Shown piece after piece: positions 48,250-59,003 of a DNA stretch of 64,000 bases; position 1 is the stretch's first letter, and each line of letters begins with the position of its first letter. The stretch spans positions 19,714 to 83,713 of the forward strand of contig CAZUGA010000017.1 in the NCBI GenBank assembly GCA_964619885.1, written 5' to 3'. Source of the DNA: an uncultured Methylococcaceae bacterium (GTDB lineage: Bacteria > Pseudomonadota > Gammaproteobacteria > Methylococcales > UBA1147). The notes under the pieces are model-generated. The model saw nothing but the letters and a program-made list of their open reading frames with translations. It was not told the origin of the DNA and made no database searches. Made by a program: the position numbers and the translations under genes.

Positions 48250-50226
48250 ATGACAAATACACAATTTAAAGAACAGTTACAGGTCTACGCGCAGTGGCGA
48301 GAGGAAAAAGTTGAAGCCATTGAACAATACCAAGCTTGGTTGGATCGTCATCAGTTGAATGACCCAGCGGTCAACGAAACAATATTGAATATTCTATCTG
48401 GATTACGTTCAGATCAGATTACCTTGGCGTTTGCGGCTGAGTTCTCACGCGGAAAGACCGAACTCATCAACGCAATGTTTTTTTCCGAAACCGGTGTTCG
48501 CCTTTTGCCTTCAACACCGGGAAGAACCACGATGTGTCCGACCGAATTGCTTTATGATGCTGATGACGGCAGTTATATTCGATTGTTGTCAATTGAAAGC
48601 CGTCTTGAAGACATGTCGATTGCAGAATACAAAAACCGGCCTAGAAGTTGGATGCAGATCGACCTTGATAGTAGTTCGCCGTTGCAGATGCAGGAAGCTT
48701 TTCAAGAGCTTATCGCGGTTAAGCGGGTCAGTTTGGAGGATGCCAAGCGACTTGGTTTGTACCACGAGGATATGGACGGCGGAGAAACCGAGCCACCAGA
48801 AACGGTAGAGATCCCGTGCTGGAGACACGCAATAATTAGTTTTCCACATCCGCTATTGCAGGAAGGCTTGGTGATATTGGATACCCCGGGGTTGAATGCA
48901 TTGGGGACCGAACCGGAATTGACGATAAATATGTTACCGAGCGCGCAAGCTGTGATTTTTGTGTTGGCTGCGGATACCGGTGTTACCAAAAGCGATTTGG
49001 ATATGTGGCGAAACCATGTGCGTGGTGCACGTAAAGGACATAAGTCCGGGTTAGCGGTAGTAATGAATAAAATCGATGCATTATGGGACGATCTTTCCGG
49101 AGAAGAAGGGGTTGAAAAATCGATCCAATCTCAAATTCAGACCACAGCATCTATTTTGGAGGTTGATCAGAAGGTTATTTTTCCGGTTTCGGCGAAACAG
49201 GCGTTGTTGGCCAAAGTTAAATCTGATGATGAATTGTTCAACAAAAGCCGAGTGCAGGCCTTGGAAAGTTATCTTTCCGATGAAGTGCTTAGCGAACGCC
49301 AGGAGCTTCTGAATCATTCGGTTTCTAAAGGAATCGGTCGAATGGTCGAGGACTCTGAGCGCGTTGTTTCCAGCCGAATTGAGGATCTGTCCGATCAATT
49401 GGGTAAGATGAGCCAAGTCGGTGGAGAAAATCGGGAAATGACCCTGCAGTTGATGACCGAAGCTCGCGATGACCAAAGTCGCTATTTGACCAATGTAGAA
49501 AATTTTCAGGCGAGCCGCCGCGTATTTTCGGTACAGGCGCGCTTACTAGTCGAGGCATTGTCCCCGGCTAAAGCAGAAGAGATTATCAAGCGCACCAAGA
49601 AGCAAATGTCGGGAAGCCTAACCACGTTCGGAATGAAGAATTCTATGAAGAATGTGTTTCAAGAGCTTAGCGAATTCTTCGATGAAGCTGTGGATTCGAC
49701 ACAAGAAACGCGTCGGTTGGTCAAGGCAATCTTTAAAAAGTTTCAGGAAGAATATGGATTTGAGACGGTTGATCCTCAATTATTTTCGGTAAAAAAATAT
49801 CAGATCGAATTACAGCGTTTGATCGATGAGGGTGAATCGTTCAGGAACAGTGCGTCTTCAACGTTTATGGAGCAGGGGTTGGTGGTACAGAAGCTGTATA
49901 CGTCCATTATCGCTCAGTCTCAGGATGTTTTTACCAATGCCCATAAAGAAGCATCGAATTGGAGCGCAGTCGTGCTCAGTCCCTTATTAAGACAAATCAA
50001 AGACCATAAAAAATCGATTGAAAACCGGTTGGATATGCTTCGAAAAATAAATTCGTCCAAAGAATCTCTGGAAAGTAATATTGCCAAGTTGAAAGCGGAA
50101 TTGGAACCTCTGAATTCCCAATTTGAAGAATTAAAAGCGATCCAGGATGCGATGCAGCTCGACCATATGGCTGCGCATAATGAAGAGCACGACGAAGCAA
50201 TGCCGTTTAAGGAGGCATTGGCATAA
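48250..50226 (+). CDS. bacterial dynamin-like GTPase
   Basis: G1 motif EFSRGKTELINAMF, a G2 Thr and a G3 DTPG motif, followed by a long helical stalk. Confidence 0.8.
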   Translation: MTNTQFKEQLQVYAQWREEKVEAIEQYQAWLDRHQLNDPAVNETILNILSGLRSDQITLAFAAEFSRGKTELINAMFFSETGVRLLPSTPGRTTMCPTELLYDADDGSYIRLLSIESRLEDMSIAEYKNRPRSWMQIDLDSSSPLQMQEAFQELIAVKRVSLEDAKRLGLYHEDMDGGETEPPETVEIPCWRHAIISFPHPLLQEGLVILDTPGLNALGTEPELTINMLPSAQAVIFVLAADTGVTKSDLDMWRNHVRGARKGHKSGLAVVMNKIDALWDDLSGEEGVEKSIQSQIQTTASILEVDQKVIFPVSAKQALLAKVKSDDELFNKSRVQALESYLSDEVLSERQELLNHSVSKGIGRMVEDSERVVSSRIEDLSDQLGKMSQVGGENREMTLQLMTEARDDQSRYLTNVENFQASRRVFSVQARLLVEALSPAKAEEIIKRTKKQMSGSLTTFGMKNSMKNVFQELSEFFDEAVDSTQETRRLVKAIFKKFQEEYGFETVDPQLFSVKKYQIELQRLIDEGESFRNSASSTFMEQGLVVQKLYTSIIAQSQDVFTNAHKEASNWSAVVLSPLLRQIKDHKKSIENRLDMLRKINSSKESLESNIAKLKAELEPLNSQFEELKAIQDAMQLDHMAAHNEEHDEAMPFKEALA

Positions 50227-50435
50227 GGTTTGATGAAAACGGATTTCGTCAAATGAATGGAATAAAAATTCTATAACGGGATCTGAAGACTGGATCAGAA
50301 CTGTTCAACAGGTTTAGACGACATACAATCGGAACTATACTGAATATTAAGGTTCAGCCGATCGCAAACCTTTATAGTGTCTATTGGTTTGTGGGCGACA
50401 CCGAATCGTCGCCAGAAATTGAAATTTCGATGATG

Positions 50436-51131
50436 CTAAATTCTTTCGAAGATTAGGTCCCAGATTTGGTGCCCTAGGCGAATTCCCCGGCGCTCGAATT
50501 TGGTTACGCCGCGTTCGACCGGTTTTTGTACAAATTTTCTATTGCTGGCCGTGTTTTTTAGTACGGTGCAGTCATTCAGGGTCTCTAACATTTGCAGTGC
50601 GTAATCTTCCCAGTCAGTCGCGCAGTAAAATCGTCCTCCGGTTCGTAATTTCTTCCCCACCAGGTCGGCGAATACCGGATTAACCAGTCTGCGTTTACGG
50701 TGCCGTTTTTTCGGCCACGGGTCGGGGAAGAAAAGGTTGACACCGTCAATGCTGGCATCTGAGATATTTTGATTTAGGATATCAACAGCATCTGCGAAGT
50801 ATACACGCACGTTTTGTAGATTGCGTTCTTGTAGTTGCGCCAATAATCGGCCAATCCCGGGACGATGCACATCGATACCTATAAAATTTTTTTCCGGATT
50901 ACGTTCAGCGGTTTCAACTAGGGTGTCGCCATTGCCAAAGCCGATATCCAGGATTAATGGTCCCGGGCGTGCAAAAATCGTAGAGGGGCATAATTTACCC
51001 GTTGGATCAAGACCGAATACATTCCAAAGCGAATTCAGCGCAGCTTGTTGCGAGGCTGTAATCCTGCCTTGCCGGCGTGAAAAGCTGCGGATATGTGTGG
51101 CAGGTTTTGCCAATATGTTTGTTATTGCCAT
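50436..51131 (-). CDS. trmB: tRNA (guanine46-N7)-methyltransferase
   Basis: IRSFSRRQGRIT N-terminal motif, then a DIGFGNGD SAM site. Start refined to MAITNI. Confidence 0.85.
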   Translation of the reverse strand: MAITNILAKPATHIRSFSRRQGRITASQQAALNSLWNVFGLDPTGKLCPSTIFARPGPLILDIGFGNGDTLVETAERNPEKNFIGIDVHRPGIGRLLAQLQERNLQNVRVYFADAVDILNQNISDASIDGVNLFFPDPWPKKRHRKRRLVNPVFADLVGKKLRTGGRFYCATDWEDYALQMLETLNDCTVLKNTASNRKFVQKPVERGVTKFERRGIRLGHQIWDLIFERI

Positions 51132-51168
51132 AATCGATGTGAATCTGCTACGTGTGGGTAGTTCTCGA

Positions 51169-52149
51169 TTAAAGAAACATTCCATCAATTGGTGAAGAAG
51201 CTGATGCGAAACGTTTCCTGGGCATCCGGCCGGCAAGAAAGGCTTCGCGGCCGGCTTCGATCGCTTTTTTCATCGCGGAAGCCATCATTATCGGTTTTTG
51301 TGCTGCGGCGATTGCGGTATTCATAAGCACTCCATCACAACCCAATTCCATTGCTATCGCGGCGTCTGAAGCAGTGCCAACCCCCGCATCGACAATGATA
51401 GGAACTTTTGCGTTTTCAATAATCGTTAGTATGTTGTAGGGATTTCGAATACCCAAGCCCGACCCAATTGGTGCTGCCAAGGGCATGACGGCAACACATC
51501 CAGCGTCTTCCAATTCACTGGCAATGATCGGATCATCATTGGTGTAGACCATCACGTCAAATCCATCCCCAATTAAAACCTCACACGCTTTGAGTGTCTG
51601 AATTACATTGGGGAATAGGGTTTTTTGATCAGCCAAGACTTCCAGTTTGACCAGTGAATGGCCATCCAACAGTTCCCTGGCCAGATGGCAAGTCCGGACG
51701 GCGTCGTCGCAATTGAAGCAACCTGCTGTGTTCGGCAAGATGGTATATTCATCGGGCGGAATTACATCCAATAGGTTTAGCTCGCCTGGGTTTTGGCCGA
51801 TATTGGTTCTGCGAATCGCAACAGTAACGATTTCGGCGCCGCTGGCTCCGACTGATTTTTGGGTTTCTTCAAGGTTGGTATATTTGCCAGTTCCGACTAA
51901 TAATCGCGAATTGAAAGTCTTGTTTGCGATTATTAGGGGATCTTCGATCTGGCCGCCGCCTATAGCTCGGACAATTTCCACACGGTCTCCGCAACTAAGT
52001 ATGTGATTGTCATAGTGTTGACGGGGGATGATTTCTTTGTTCAATTCTACCGCGATTCTCTTTTTCAGGTAGCCTAGTTCGGCAATGAGATCGGCGATTG
52101 TACTGTCGGGGGCTACTGTATGATTGTCGCCGTTAAGAGTAATGTTCAT
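51169..52149 (-). CDS. thiG: ThiS-ThiG fusion: sulfur carrier ThiS domain (ends ...AIGGG) fused in frame to thiazole synthase ThiG
   Basis: A ThiS-like N-terminal 66 aa (MNITLNGD...IVRAIGGG) is followed, with no intervening stop, by full ThiG (LLVGTGKY...). Confidence 0.8.
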   Translation of the reverse strand: MNITLNGDNHTVAPDSTIADLIAELGYLKKRIAVELNKEIIPRQHYDNHILSCGDRVEIVRAIGGGQIEDPLIIANKTFNSRLLVGTGKYTNLEETQKSVGASGAEIVTVAIRRTNIGQNPGELNLLDVIPPDEYTILPNTAGCFNCDDAVRTCHLARELLDGHSLVKLEVLADQKTLFPNVIQTLKACEVLIGDGFDVMVYTNDDPIIASELEDAGCVAVMPLAAPIGSGLGIRNPYNILTIIENAKVPIIVDAGVGTASDAAIAMELGCDGVLMNTAIAAAQKPIMMASAMKKAIEAGREAFLAGRMPRKRFASASSPIDGMFL

Positions 52150-52426
52150 GGATCGAAAGGATTGGGTTGCCGCGCGCTTGGTTATTCGCTGTCGATCAAT
52201 CATGTTCTACCATAACAGGTTCGGTTACGTCCATTAACTGAATTTTCGCCGAGCATCGGCCTACGCGCTAATCAAACTAAAATATCAATATAAACAAGCC
52301 AGTTTTCCCGAAATGGGTGAAAGAGATGCATTTCAATATATACGGGTTGCGACGCTGTTCGGCTTTGACGATTGATTTTTTTAGAACAGGGTTACCGAGG
52401 ATAATATCAATGCACGTTAAACCACA

Positions 52427-53536
52427 TCAATTACGAAGTTGCGATAATCGCAAATTTCGACGGTCACCGACGGCCGCAGCCAACTGTTCCAATACCAGAA
52501 CCGTATCGTCCCAACCGATACAAGCATCTGTGATACTTTGCCCGTAGGTTAATTGTTGATTCTGCACAACTTTTTGATTGCCCGCATTGATGTGGCTTTC
52601 GATCATAACGCCAAAAATTTTAGGGTTTCCAGACGCCAATTGTGCGGAAACGTTTTGGCTTACATCCAATTGTTTTTCGTGTTGTTTGCAGCTGTTCGCG
52701 TGGCTGAAATCAACCATAACAACTTGAGGGAGGCCCGCTTTTTTAAGTGCTTCAGTGGATTGCTGGATGCTTTCCGCATCAAAGTTAGGCGTTTGTCCTC
52801 CGCGAAGAATTAGGTGGCAATCTTCATTTCCGTGAGTAGAAAAAATTGCTGAATGCCCACCTTTGGTTAGTGACAAAAAGTGATGTGGACAGCGCGCGGA
52901 TCCAATTGCATCTACCGCGACACTGACGGTTCCGTCCGTTGCATTTTTAAATCCGACAGGGCACGAAAGGCCGGAAGCCAATTCCCGGTGAACTTGACTC
53001 TCGGTCGTGCGTGCTCCGATGGCGCCCCAGCTAATCAAATCGGAGACATATTGGGGTGTGATCAAATCCAGATATTCCGTACCGGCGGGTAAGCCAAGTT
53101 CATTGATGTCCAGCAATAAGCTGCGCGCAAGATGCAATCCTTTGTTTATGTTAAAGCTTTCGTCCAGATCCGGGTCGTTTATTAAGCCTTTCCAGCCGAC
53201 GGTCGTTCTGGGTTTTTCAAAATAAACCCGCATGACGATCATCAAACGGTCCTTAAGTTGTTGCCGAATTTCTATCAATCGGCCAGCATATTCCCGGGCG
53301 GCGACTGGGTCATGTATTGAGCACGGACCGACTATGGCCAACAATCGGTCATCCTGACCAGATAGAATTTGCTGTATTTCCCGGCGTGCGTCGAAAGTCG
53401 TCTGAGCCGCAACTTCGGTTATTGGTAGTTCTTGGTGAACTTTTTCGGGCGATATCACTTCCTTGACATCTGAAATTCTGAGGTCTTCGGTGCAGTGTAT
53501 ATTTTTCATCGCCGTGACATTATCAGGTGTGTTCAT
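52427..53536 (-). CDS. aroG: 3-deoxy-7-phosphoheptulonate (DAHP) synthase, class I (AroG/F/H type)
   Basis: DDRLLAIVGPCSIHD and KPRT motifs of class I-alpha DAHP synthases. Confidence 0.85.
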   Translation of the reverse strand: MNTPDNVTAMKNIHCTEDLRISDVKEVISPEKVHQELPITEVAAQTTFDARREIQQILSGQDDRLLAIVGPCSIHDPVAAREYAGRLIEIRQQLKDRLMIVMRVYFEKPRTTVGWKGLINDPDLDESFNINKGLHLARSLLLDINELGLPAGTEYLDLITPQYVSDLISWGAIGARTTESQVHRELASGLSCPVGFKNATDGTVSVAVDAIGSARCPHHFLSLTKGGHSAIFSTHGNEDCHLILRGGQTPNFDAESIQQSTEALKKAGLPQVVMVDFSHANSCKQHEKQLDVSQNVSAQLASGNPKIFGVMIESHINAGNQKVVQNQQLTYGQSITDACIGWDDTVLVLEQLAAAVGDRRNLRLSQLRN

Positions 53537-54090
53537 TTCGTTTTTTCTCGACCAAAGGTACGTCGAATATTGTTCTAGTAAAACCCTATATACTAACGTG
53601 AATTAGTCACCAATGCCTAATCTCTGTATCCATGTTGAATATTTTTGAATTTGATAATGCTCGGGATCGGGTTAAATTACGCTAGTAAAGTATTCAATTT
53701 CACCGTCTGGTTGAAGTTGAAACCGAGGGATCACAATCCTATGTGAAAGGGCTGACAGACGCGTTTATTCTGCTATGGAACAGTATAAAAATGTAGTTTG
53801 TTCGATATATGGGATATGACATAGTTTAATTATTGCGCTTGTTTGTGTGCCGGTCTGTGGTAAAGTTTTGACCATTTTTGACGTGTTCGGTGCACCGGTT
53901 TTCTGAGTTAAAAGCTAAGTAGACAGGCGAGCCTGGCTCCTCAATGGTTCTGGTTCGAACAGGGACGCAAACCATTCCAATGAAGGATTTACGGATATTT
54001 TGACGGCCGTAACCCATTAACAGCGTCGGGATTCACCGACTAGCATAGTTCTTTTGTACCTATTGCTGGATAGAGACTAATTGACTGATT

Positions 54091-54876
54091 ATGAAATGTT
54101 ATTTGATTCGATGTAGACGAATGATTGTATCGGCATTTGTAGTTATCGTGGCGACTTCATTTGTTCCAATTTTTGCAGATCCTCTCAATGACGCGATCCA
54201 AACGCAAGTTAAAGATAGCGTTGATGCGGTCCGGTCGCAAAATAAGATCGACCAACTCAGTGACGAAACCCACAATATGCTTGCTGAGTATCGACAAAAT
54301 TTAAGGGAAACCAAGGTCCTGGGCGAGTATAACGATCATTTGGCAAAATTGGTTGAATCGCAGGTTTCGGAAAAGACGTTGTTGCAAGAACAACTGCAAG
54401 AGATTGAAGTGACTAAGCGGGAAATCGTACCGCTTATGCTTAAAATGTTGGAGACATTGGAGGCGTTTGTAGGTTTCGATTTACCATTTTTACCTCAGGA
54501 ACGGCAAAATCGCCTGGCGAACTTGCAAGAGTTGATGGTTAGGGCCGATGTAAGCACCGCAGAAAAATTCCGTCGGGTTTTGGAAGCTTATCAGGTCGAA
54601 AGCGATTACGGGCAGACTATCGAAGCCTATCGTGCCAATCTTAAAAGCGGTGATTCTGAACGACCGGTTGATTTCCTGCGCTTGGGGCGGGTTGCATTAT
54701 TTTATCAGTCGTTGGATGGGAGTGAATCGGGTCTATGGAATCAAGCGAATAAATCATGGGATGTATTGCCGGGCAAATATACTAAGGCGGTGCGCGATGG
54801 TTTGCGAATTGCGCGCAAAGAAGCAGCCCCGGATTTATTGATGCTGCCGGTTCCGGCTCCGGAGGCGGTTAAATGA
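54091..54876 (+). CDS. DUF3450 family protein (TtpB-like, TonB2-system associated)
   Basis: Secreted coiled-coil protein directly upstream of the large MotA/TolQ/ExbB gene. The start may be the internal Met at 54121. Confidence 0.65.
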   Translation: MKCYLIRCRRMIVSAFVVIVATSFVPIFADPLNDAIQTQVKDSVDAVRSQNKIDQLSDETHNMLAEYRQNLRETKVLGEYNDHLAKLVESQVSEKTLLQEQLQEIEVTKREIVPLMLKMLETLEAFVGFDLPFLPQERQNRLANLQELMVRADVSTAEKFRRVLEAYQVESDYGQTIEAYRANLKSGDSERPVDFLRLGRVALFYQSLDGSESGLWNQANKSWDVLPGKYTKAVRDGLRIARKEAAPDLLMLPVPAPEAVK

Positions 54877-56210
54877 ATAAGTTGATTATCGCTGCATTGG
54901 TTTTGCTACCTTTTAGTTGGGTAAAGGCCGATCATATCGATCTGGATAAATTGTTACGCGAAGTTAAACAGTCTCACGGCAAGGAATCAAAGATCAATCG
55001 AGAACGCGAAGCTCGATTTTTAACGCAACGTGGCGAGCAAAAGCGATTGCTTGACAAAACAAGGGCGACGTTGCACGCACAACAAAGTAGAACTGATGCT
55101 TTAAAACAAGCGTTCGATGCGAATGAGCAAGCGCTGGAAGCTATGGAGACCCAGTTGAAGGGCCAATCTGGCGAATTGGGTGAATTGTTTGGAGTGGTGC
55201 GACAGGTTGCCGGAGATACAAAGGCAATGATCGACAATTCGATAACTTCGGCGCAGTTTCCAGACCGAATTCAGTTATTTGAATCCATTGCGGCAAGCAA
55301 ACAAATTCCAACAATCGGTCAATTGGAAGAATTGTGGTATTCGCTACAACAGGAAATGACCGAGCAGGGCAAAGTGGTCAAATTCCCCGCCAAAGTAATA
55401 TCCGCTGCCGGTGAGCCACGTCAGACAGAAGTTGTTCGTGTTGGCCCGTTCAATATATTTGCCGACGGTTTGTACTTGAAATATTTACCTGAAACAGGGG
55501 AAATGGTTGAGTTGGCCAGGCAGCCGGCGTCGAGGTATTTGGATTTAGCGGAATCGCTGGACGAAGCTGAGGGAGAGTGGTCTGCGGCCGGAATTGATCC
55601 GACTGGCGGTGTCATACTTAGTATGTTGGTTCGAGCCCCGAGTTTTACGGAACGAATCGACCAAGGTGGGGTCATCGGTTATATCATTCTGGTGCTTGGC
55701 GTAATAGGTCTAATTGTCGTTGTTGTCCGTATGGTCGATTTGGTCGGTGTATCGAAGCGGGTTTCTGCCCAATTGGATAATTTGGCGAATATTGACGATA
55801 CCAACCCATTGGGACGGGTCCTAGCCGTTGCAAAGGATACGCAAGCGACTGACGTTGAGTCGTTTGAATTGATGATAGATGAGGCTGTGGTTCGAGAGAT
55901 ACCGCTGCTCGAGAAAGGTCAATCTTTGGTTAAACTTTTGGTTGCAGTAGCGCCGCTGCTTGGTTTATTGGGTACGGTGACTGGCATGATCGAAACCTTT
56001 CAGTCGATTAGTTTGTTTGGGACTGGCGATCCAAAATTGATGGCAGGGGGGATATCTCAAGCTTTGGTCACAACGATGTTGGGCTTAATGGTGGCTATTC
56101 CTTTGTTATTTTTGCATAGCCTGATGGCGACTCGAAGCAAACAAATGGTTCAAATCCTTGAAGAACAAAGTTCTGGTTTGATTTGTCAATCGTTGGAGAA
56201 AGTCCGCTAA
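54873..56210 (+). CDS. large MotA/TolQ/ExbB proton-channel family protein (TtpC-like)
   Basis: 445 aa with a periplasmic N-domain and a C-terminal 3-TM MotA/TolQ/ExbB core (LLGLLGTVTGMIETF). Confidence 0.8.
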   Translation: MNKLIIAALVLLPFSWVKADHIDLDKLLREVKQSHGKESKINREREARFLTQRGEQKRLLDKTRATLHAQQSRTDALKQAFDANEQALEAMETQLKGQSGELGELFGVVRQVAGDTKAMIDNSITSAQFPDRIQLFESIAASKQIPTIGQLEELWYSLQQEMTEQGKVVKFPAKVISAAGEPRQTEVVRVGPFNIFADGLYLKYLPETGEMVELARQPASRYLDLAESLDEAEGEWSAAGIDPTGGVILSMLVRAPSFTERIDQGGVIGYIILVLGVIGLIVVVVRMVDLVGVSKRVSAQLDNLANIDDTNPLGRVLAVAKDTQATDVESFELMIDEAVVREIPLLEKGQSLVKLLVAVAPLLGLLGTVTGMIETFQSISLFGTGDPKLMAGGISQALVTTMLGLMVAIPLLFLHSLMATRSKQMVQILEEQSSGLICQSLEKVR

Positions 56211-56728
56211 TGAACGGTGGCGTGCTATTTTTTATCGACAACCTGATGGATGCCGGCGGCACAGTTTTGTGGTTTATCATGTTGCTGTCATTTTTGCTCT
56301 GGTCACTGATTATCGAGCGGTTTCTGTATATGCGTTATGTTTATCCTGAATGCCGGCAACGTTGGATTGATACGTGGAAGACTACGACAGAGAAACATTC
56401 GTGGCGCGGGCACAGTATTCGGGCGTATTACATTGCTCAGGCGAAATTGGAATTGGGGAAAACCATTCCGATCATCAAAAGCCTAATCGCGCTATGCCCT
56501 TTATTGGGGCTTTTGGGAACCGTGACCGGCATGATTGAGACCTTTGACGTTATGGCGGTAATTGGGACTGGAAATGCGCGCGCGATGGCCAGCGGGGTTT
56601 CGGAGGCAACGGTGACGACAATGGCAGGAATGGTTGTAGCCATTTCGTGCTTGTATTTCAGTAAAAGAATAGAAGATCGAGTTGATGAAGAGGCGCGACA
56701 TCTGGCCGATTTATTGACCTACGAATAA
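56210..56728 (+). CDS. exbB: biopolymer transport protein ExbB (MotA/TolQ/ExbB family)
   Basis: 3-TM core with LLGLLGTVTGMIETF. The TAATG overlap with the upstream gene gives the start. Confidence 0.8.
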   Translation: MNGGVLFFIDNLMDAGGTVLWFIMLLSFLLWSLIIERFLYMRYVYPECRQRWIDTWKTTTEKHSWRGHSIRAYYIAQAKLELGKTIPIIKSLIALCPLLGLLGTVTGMIETFDVMAVIGTGNARAMASGVSEATVTTMAGMVVAISCLYFSKRIEDRVDEEARHLADLLTYE

Positions 56729-56738
56729 GGGTGTTGAG

Positions 56739-57152
56739 ATGCGGCGACGTAGGTACCATTCAAATACAGAGCAAGAGTCGGAAATCAATCTGACACCGAT
56801 GCTGGATATCGTCTTTATTATGTTGATTTTTTTCATTGTAACCACATCCTTCGTTAAAGAATCTGGCATCGATGTAAATCGGCCCACCGCGCAAACTGCC
56901 GAACGTAAAGAACGTGGCAATATCATAATATCAATCAAAGCTAACGGTGAGATCTGGATAGACAAACGTACCGTTGACATACGCGCTGTACGAGCTAATG
57001 TCGCTAGGTTGCACGCGGAAAATCCGTTGGGATCGGTTATTATTGCTGGTGATAAGAACGCGATACTCCAAGTATTGGTCGAAGTTATGGATCAAGTTCG
57101 GTTAGCTGGTGTTTACAATGCATCGATTGCGGCGGAAGCGGAGTCGAGGTGA
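56739..57152 (+). CDS. exbD: biopolymer transporter ExbD/TolR
   Basis: 137 aa with one TM (INLTPMLDIVFIMLIFF) and a periplasmic ExbD domain. Confidence 0.85.
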   Translation: MRRRRYHSNTEQESEINLTPMLDIVFIMLIFFIVTTSFVKESGIDVNRPTAQTAERKERGNIIISIKANGEIWIDKRTVDIRAVRANVARLHAENPLGSVIIAGDKNAILQVLVEVMDQVRLAGVYNASIAAEAESR

Positions 57153-57787
57153 GTCAGAGGTGGGTCCCAGCTTTTATATTGGGTGTGCTAGTTACGCTTA
57201 CACTTTTCTGGTTGATGCAAACTATGGTATTGAATTCGGGCCGCGGATTACGGCCAACGGATGATATAAAAATGGTTGAATTCGTCAGGCTAAAGCGGGA
57301 TACGACCATAAAGACGAAAAAACGTGCTCTACCGGAAAAACCCCCACCAAAGAAGCGACCGCCGCCTCCCAAAATGACATCGACGCAACGGCAACAGGTC
57401 AAAACCAAGATGCCCAAAATTGACGTGCCGAATCTGGAGTTTCCGACTCATAACGCGAGGATTGGCGGTTCTTTGGTTGGGGATTTACAAATGGGCGGAT
57501 TTAGTGGGGAGATAAGTTCGAATTTGATACCGATTTTTCGAGTACCGCCACGATATCCAATGCGCGCGGCGAGTCGCAGAATTGAGGGTTGGGTCAGGGT
57601 CGAATTTACCATTACCGAGTTGGGTACGGTAACGGATGCAGAGGTCATCGAAGCCCATCCAAACAGCATATTTAATCGTGCTGCGCTTCGGGCGATCGCC
57701 AAATGGAAATTTAAGCCCAAGTTAGTAGCGGGTGAACCCGTTGAACAACGTGCTTTGCAGGTTTTGCAGTTCAAGCTGAAAAAATAG
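57149..57787 (+). CDS. tonB: energy transducer TonB
   Basis: N-terminal TM anchor, a Pro/Lys-rich spacer (PEKPPPKKRPPPPK) and a C-terminal TonB domain. Confidence 0.8.
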   Translation: MSQRWVPAFILGVLVTLTLFWLMQTMVLNSGRGLRPTDDIKMVEFVRLKRDTTIKTKKRALPEKPPPKKRPPPPKMTSTQRQQVKTKMPKIDVPNLEFPTHNARIGGSLVGDLQMGGFSGEISSNLIPIFRVPPRYPMRAASRRIEGWVRVEFTITELGTVTDAEVIEAHPNSIFNRAALRAIAKWKFKPKLVAGEPVEQRALQVLQFKLKK

Positions 57788-57788
57788 T

Positions 57789-59003
57789 ATGAGCCGGTTA
57801 CGTTGCTGCAATATTTTTGTGTTAATGATTTTAGTGCTAGTCGCGTCGGTATCAAACGCTAAAAGTGATAAGTCCACCACCACTGTTTCCCCTGCCGTTT
57901 ACAAGCAATTGCAGCGAGTTGATGCACTGTTAAAAAAATCTGCCTACGGTGAAGCATTGCAAAAGCTAACCGCGCTGGTACCGGAAGTTAAAGCCGGTAG
58001 TTATGAAAAAGCGGTAATTTGGCGATCTATCGCGTCTATCTTTTCACAGCAGGGGAACTATAAGCAAGCTGCGGAGGCGCTAAAGAAATCATTGGCGACT
58101 CAAGCTCTGCCGTCGGACCAAAAGGTGAAAGCGCAGGTAAATCTGGGTGAATTGTATGTCGCCGCTGGGGACTACAAAAAAGCCGTGGCTATATTGAAGG
58201 AAGGTATTGCGCGCGCCAATTCGCCATCCAGTGACCAATACTTTAAATTGGCCAACGCTTATGCACAATTGAAGCAATTCAAAAATGCAGTACCCCCGAT
58301 GCAAAAAGCGATAAATCTTGCCAAGAAACCGCCTGAATCTTGGTATAAATTGCTTTTGGCGATGCAGTACGAGGCGGGTGATTACGCTGGCGCGGTCACA
58401 GTATTGCGCAAGCTGATCGTCAAATTTGCGCCCAACAAAGAATATTGGTTGCAATTGATCGCGATGCACCAGCAGTTGAACCAATTCAAAAAGGCGCTGG
58501 CCGTTAATGAATTGGCCTATCGTGAAGGTTTTGTAACCACACCTGGGGAAATCGTAAATCTTGCCAATATGTTGTCATCGCAAGATACACCGTATAGAGC
58601 CGCGGAGCTCATTGAAAAAGAAATCGGTACTGGACGATTAGCGAACTCGTCAAAGCATTGGGAAATGGTTGCCAATGCCTGGACCGATGCGCGCGAATTT
58701 GATAAGGCGATCGCAGCGTATAAAAAAGCATCGGCTGCTCATCCGACCGGAGAGTTATATTATCGTTTGGGGCGGTTATACATTGAGCAAGAAGATTGGC
58801 AGAATGCACACAAGTCGCTTTTGAATGCATTTCAAAAAGGTGGCTTAAAGGATCCCGGGAACGCGCATGTACTTTTTGGGGTTAGCTGTTACGAGCTACA
58901 TTTTACCGACAAAGCTGAGCGGGCGTTCAATAAAGCGCAGAGTTATAAGAATACTCGAAAAATTGGCCGGCAATGGTTGGATTTTCTCCGGTCGGATTCT
59001 TAG
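57789..59003 (+). CDS. tetratricopeptide repeat protein (TtpD-like, TonB2 cluster)
   Basis: Signal peptide followed by multiple TPR units. Last gene of the cluster. Confidence 0.7.
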   Translation: MSRLRCCNIFVLMILVLVASVSNAKSDKSTTTVSPAVYKQLQRVDALLKKSAYGEALQKLTALVPEVKAGSYEKAVIWRSIASIFSQQGNYKQAAEALKKSLATQALPSDQKVKAQVNLGELYVAAGDYKKAVAILKEGIARANSPSSDQYFKLANAYAQLKQFKNAVPPMQKAINLAKKPPESWYKLLLAMQYEAGDYAGAVTVLRKLIVKFAPNKEYWLQLIAMHQQLNQFKKALAVNELAYREGFVTTPGEIVNLANMLSSQDTPYRAAELIEKEIGTGRLANSSKHWEMVANAWTDAREFDKAIAAYKKASAAHPTGELYYRLGRLYIEQEDWQNAHKSLLNAFQKGGLKDPGNAHVLFGVSCYELHFTDKAERAFNKAQSYKNTRKIGRQWLDFLRSDS

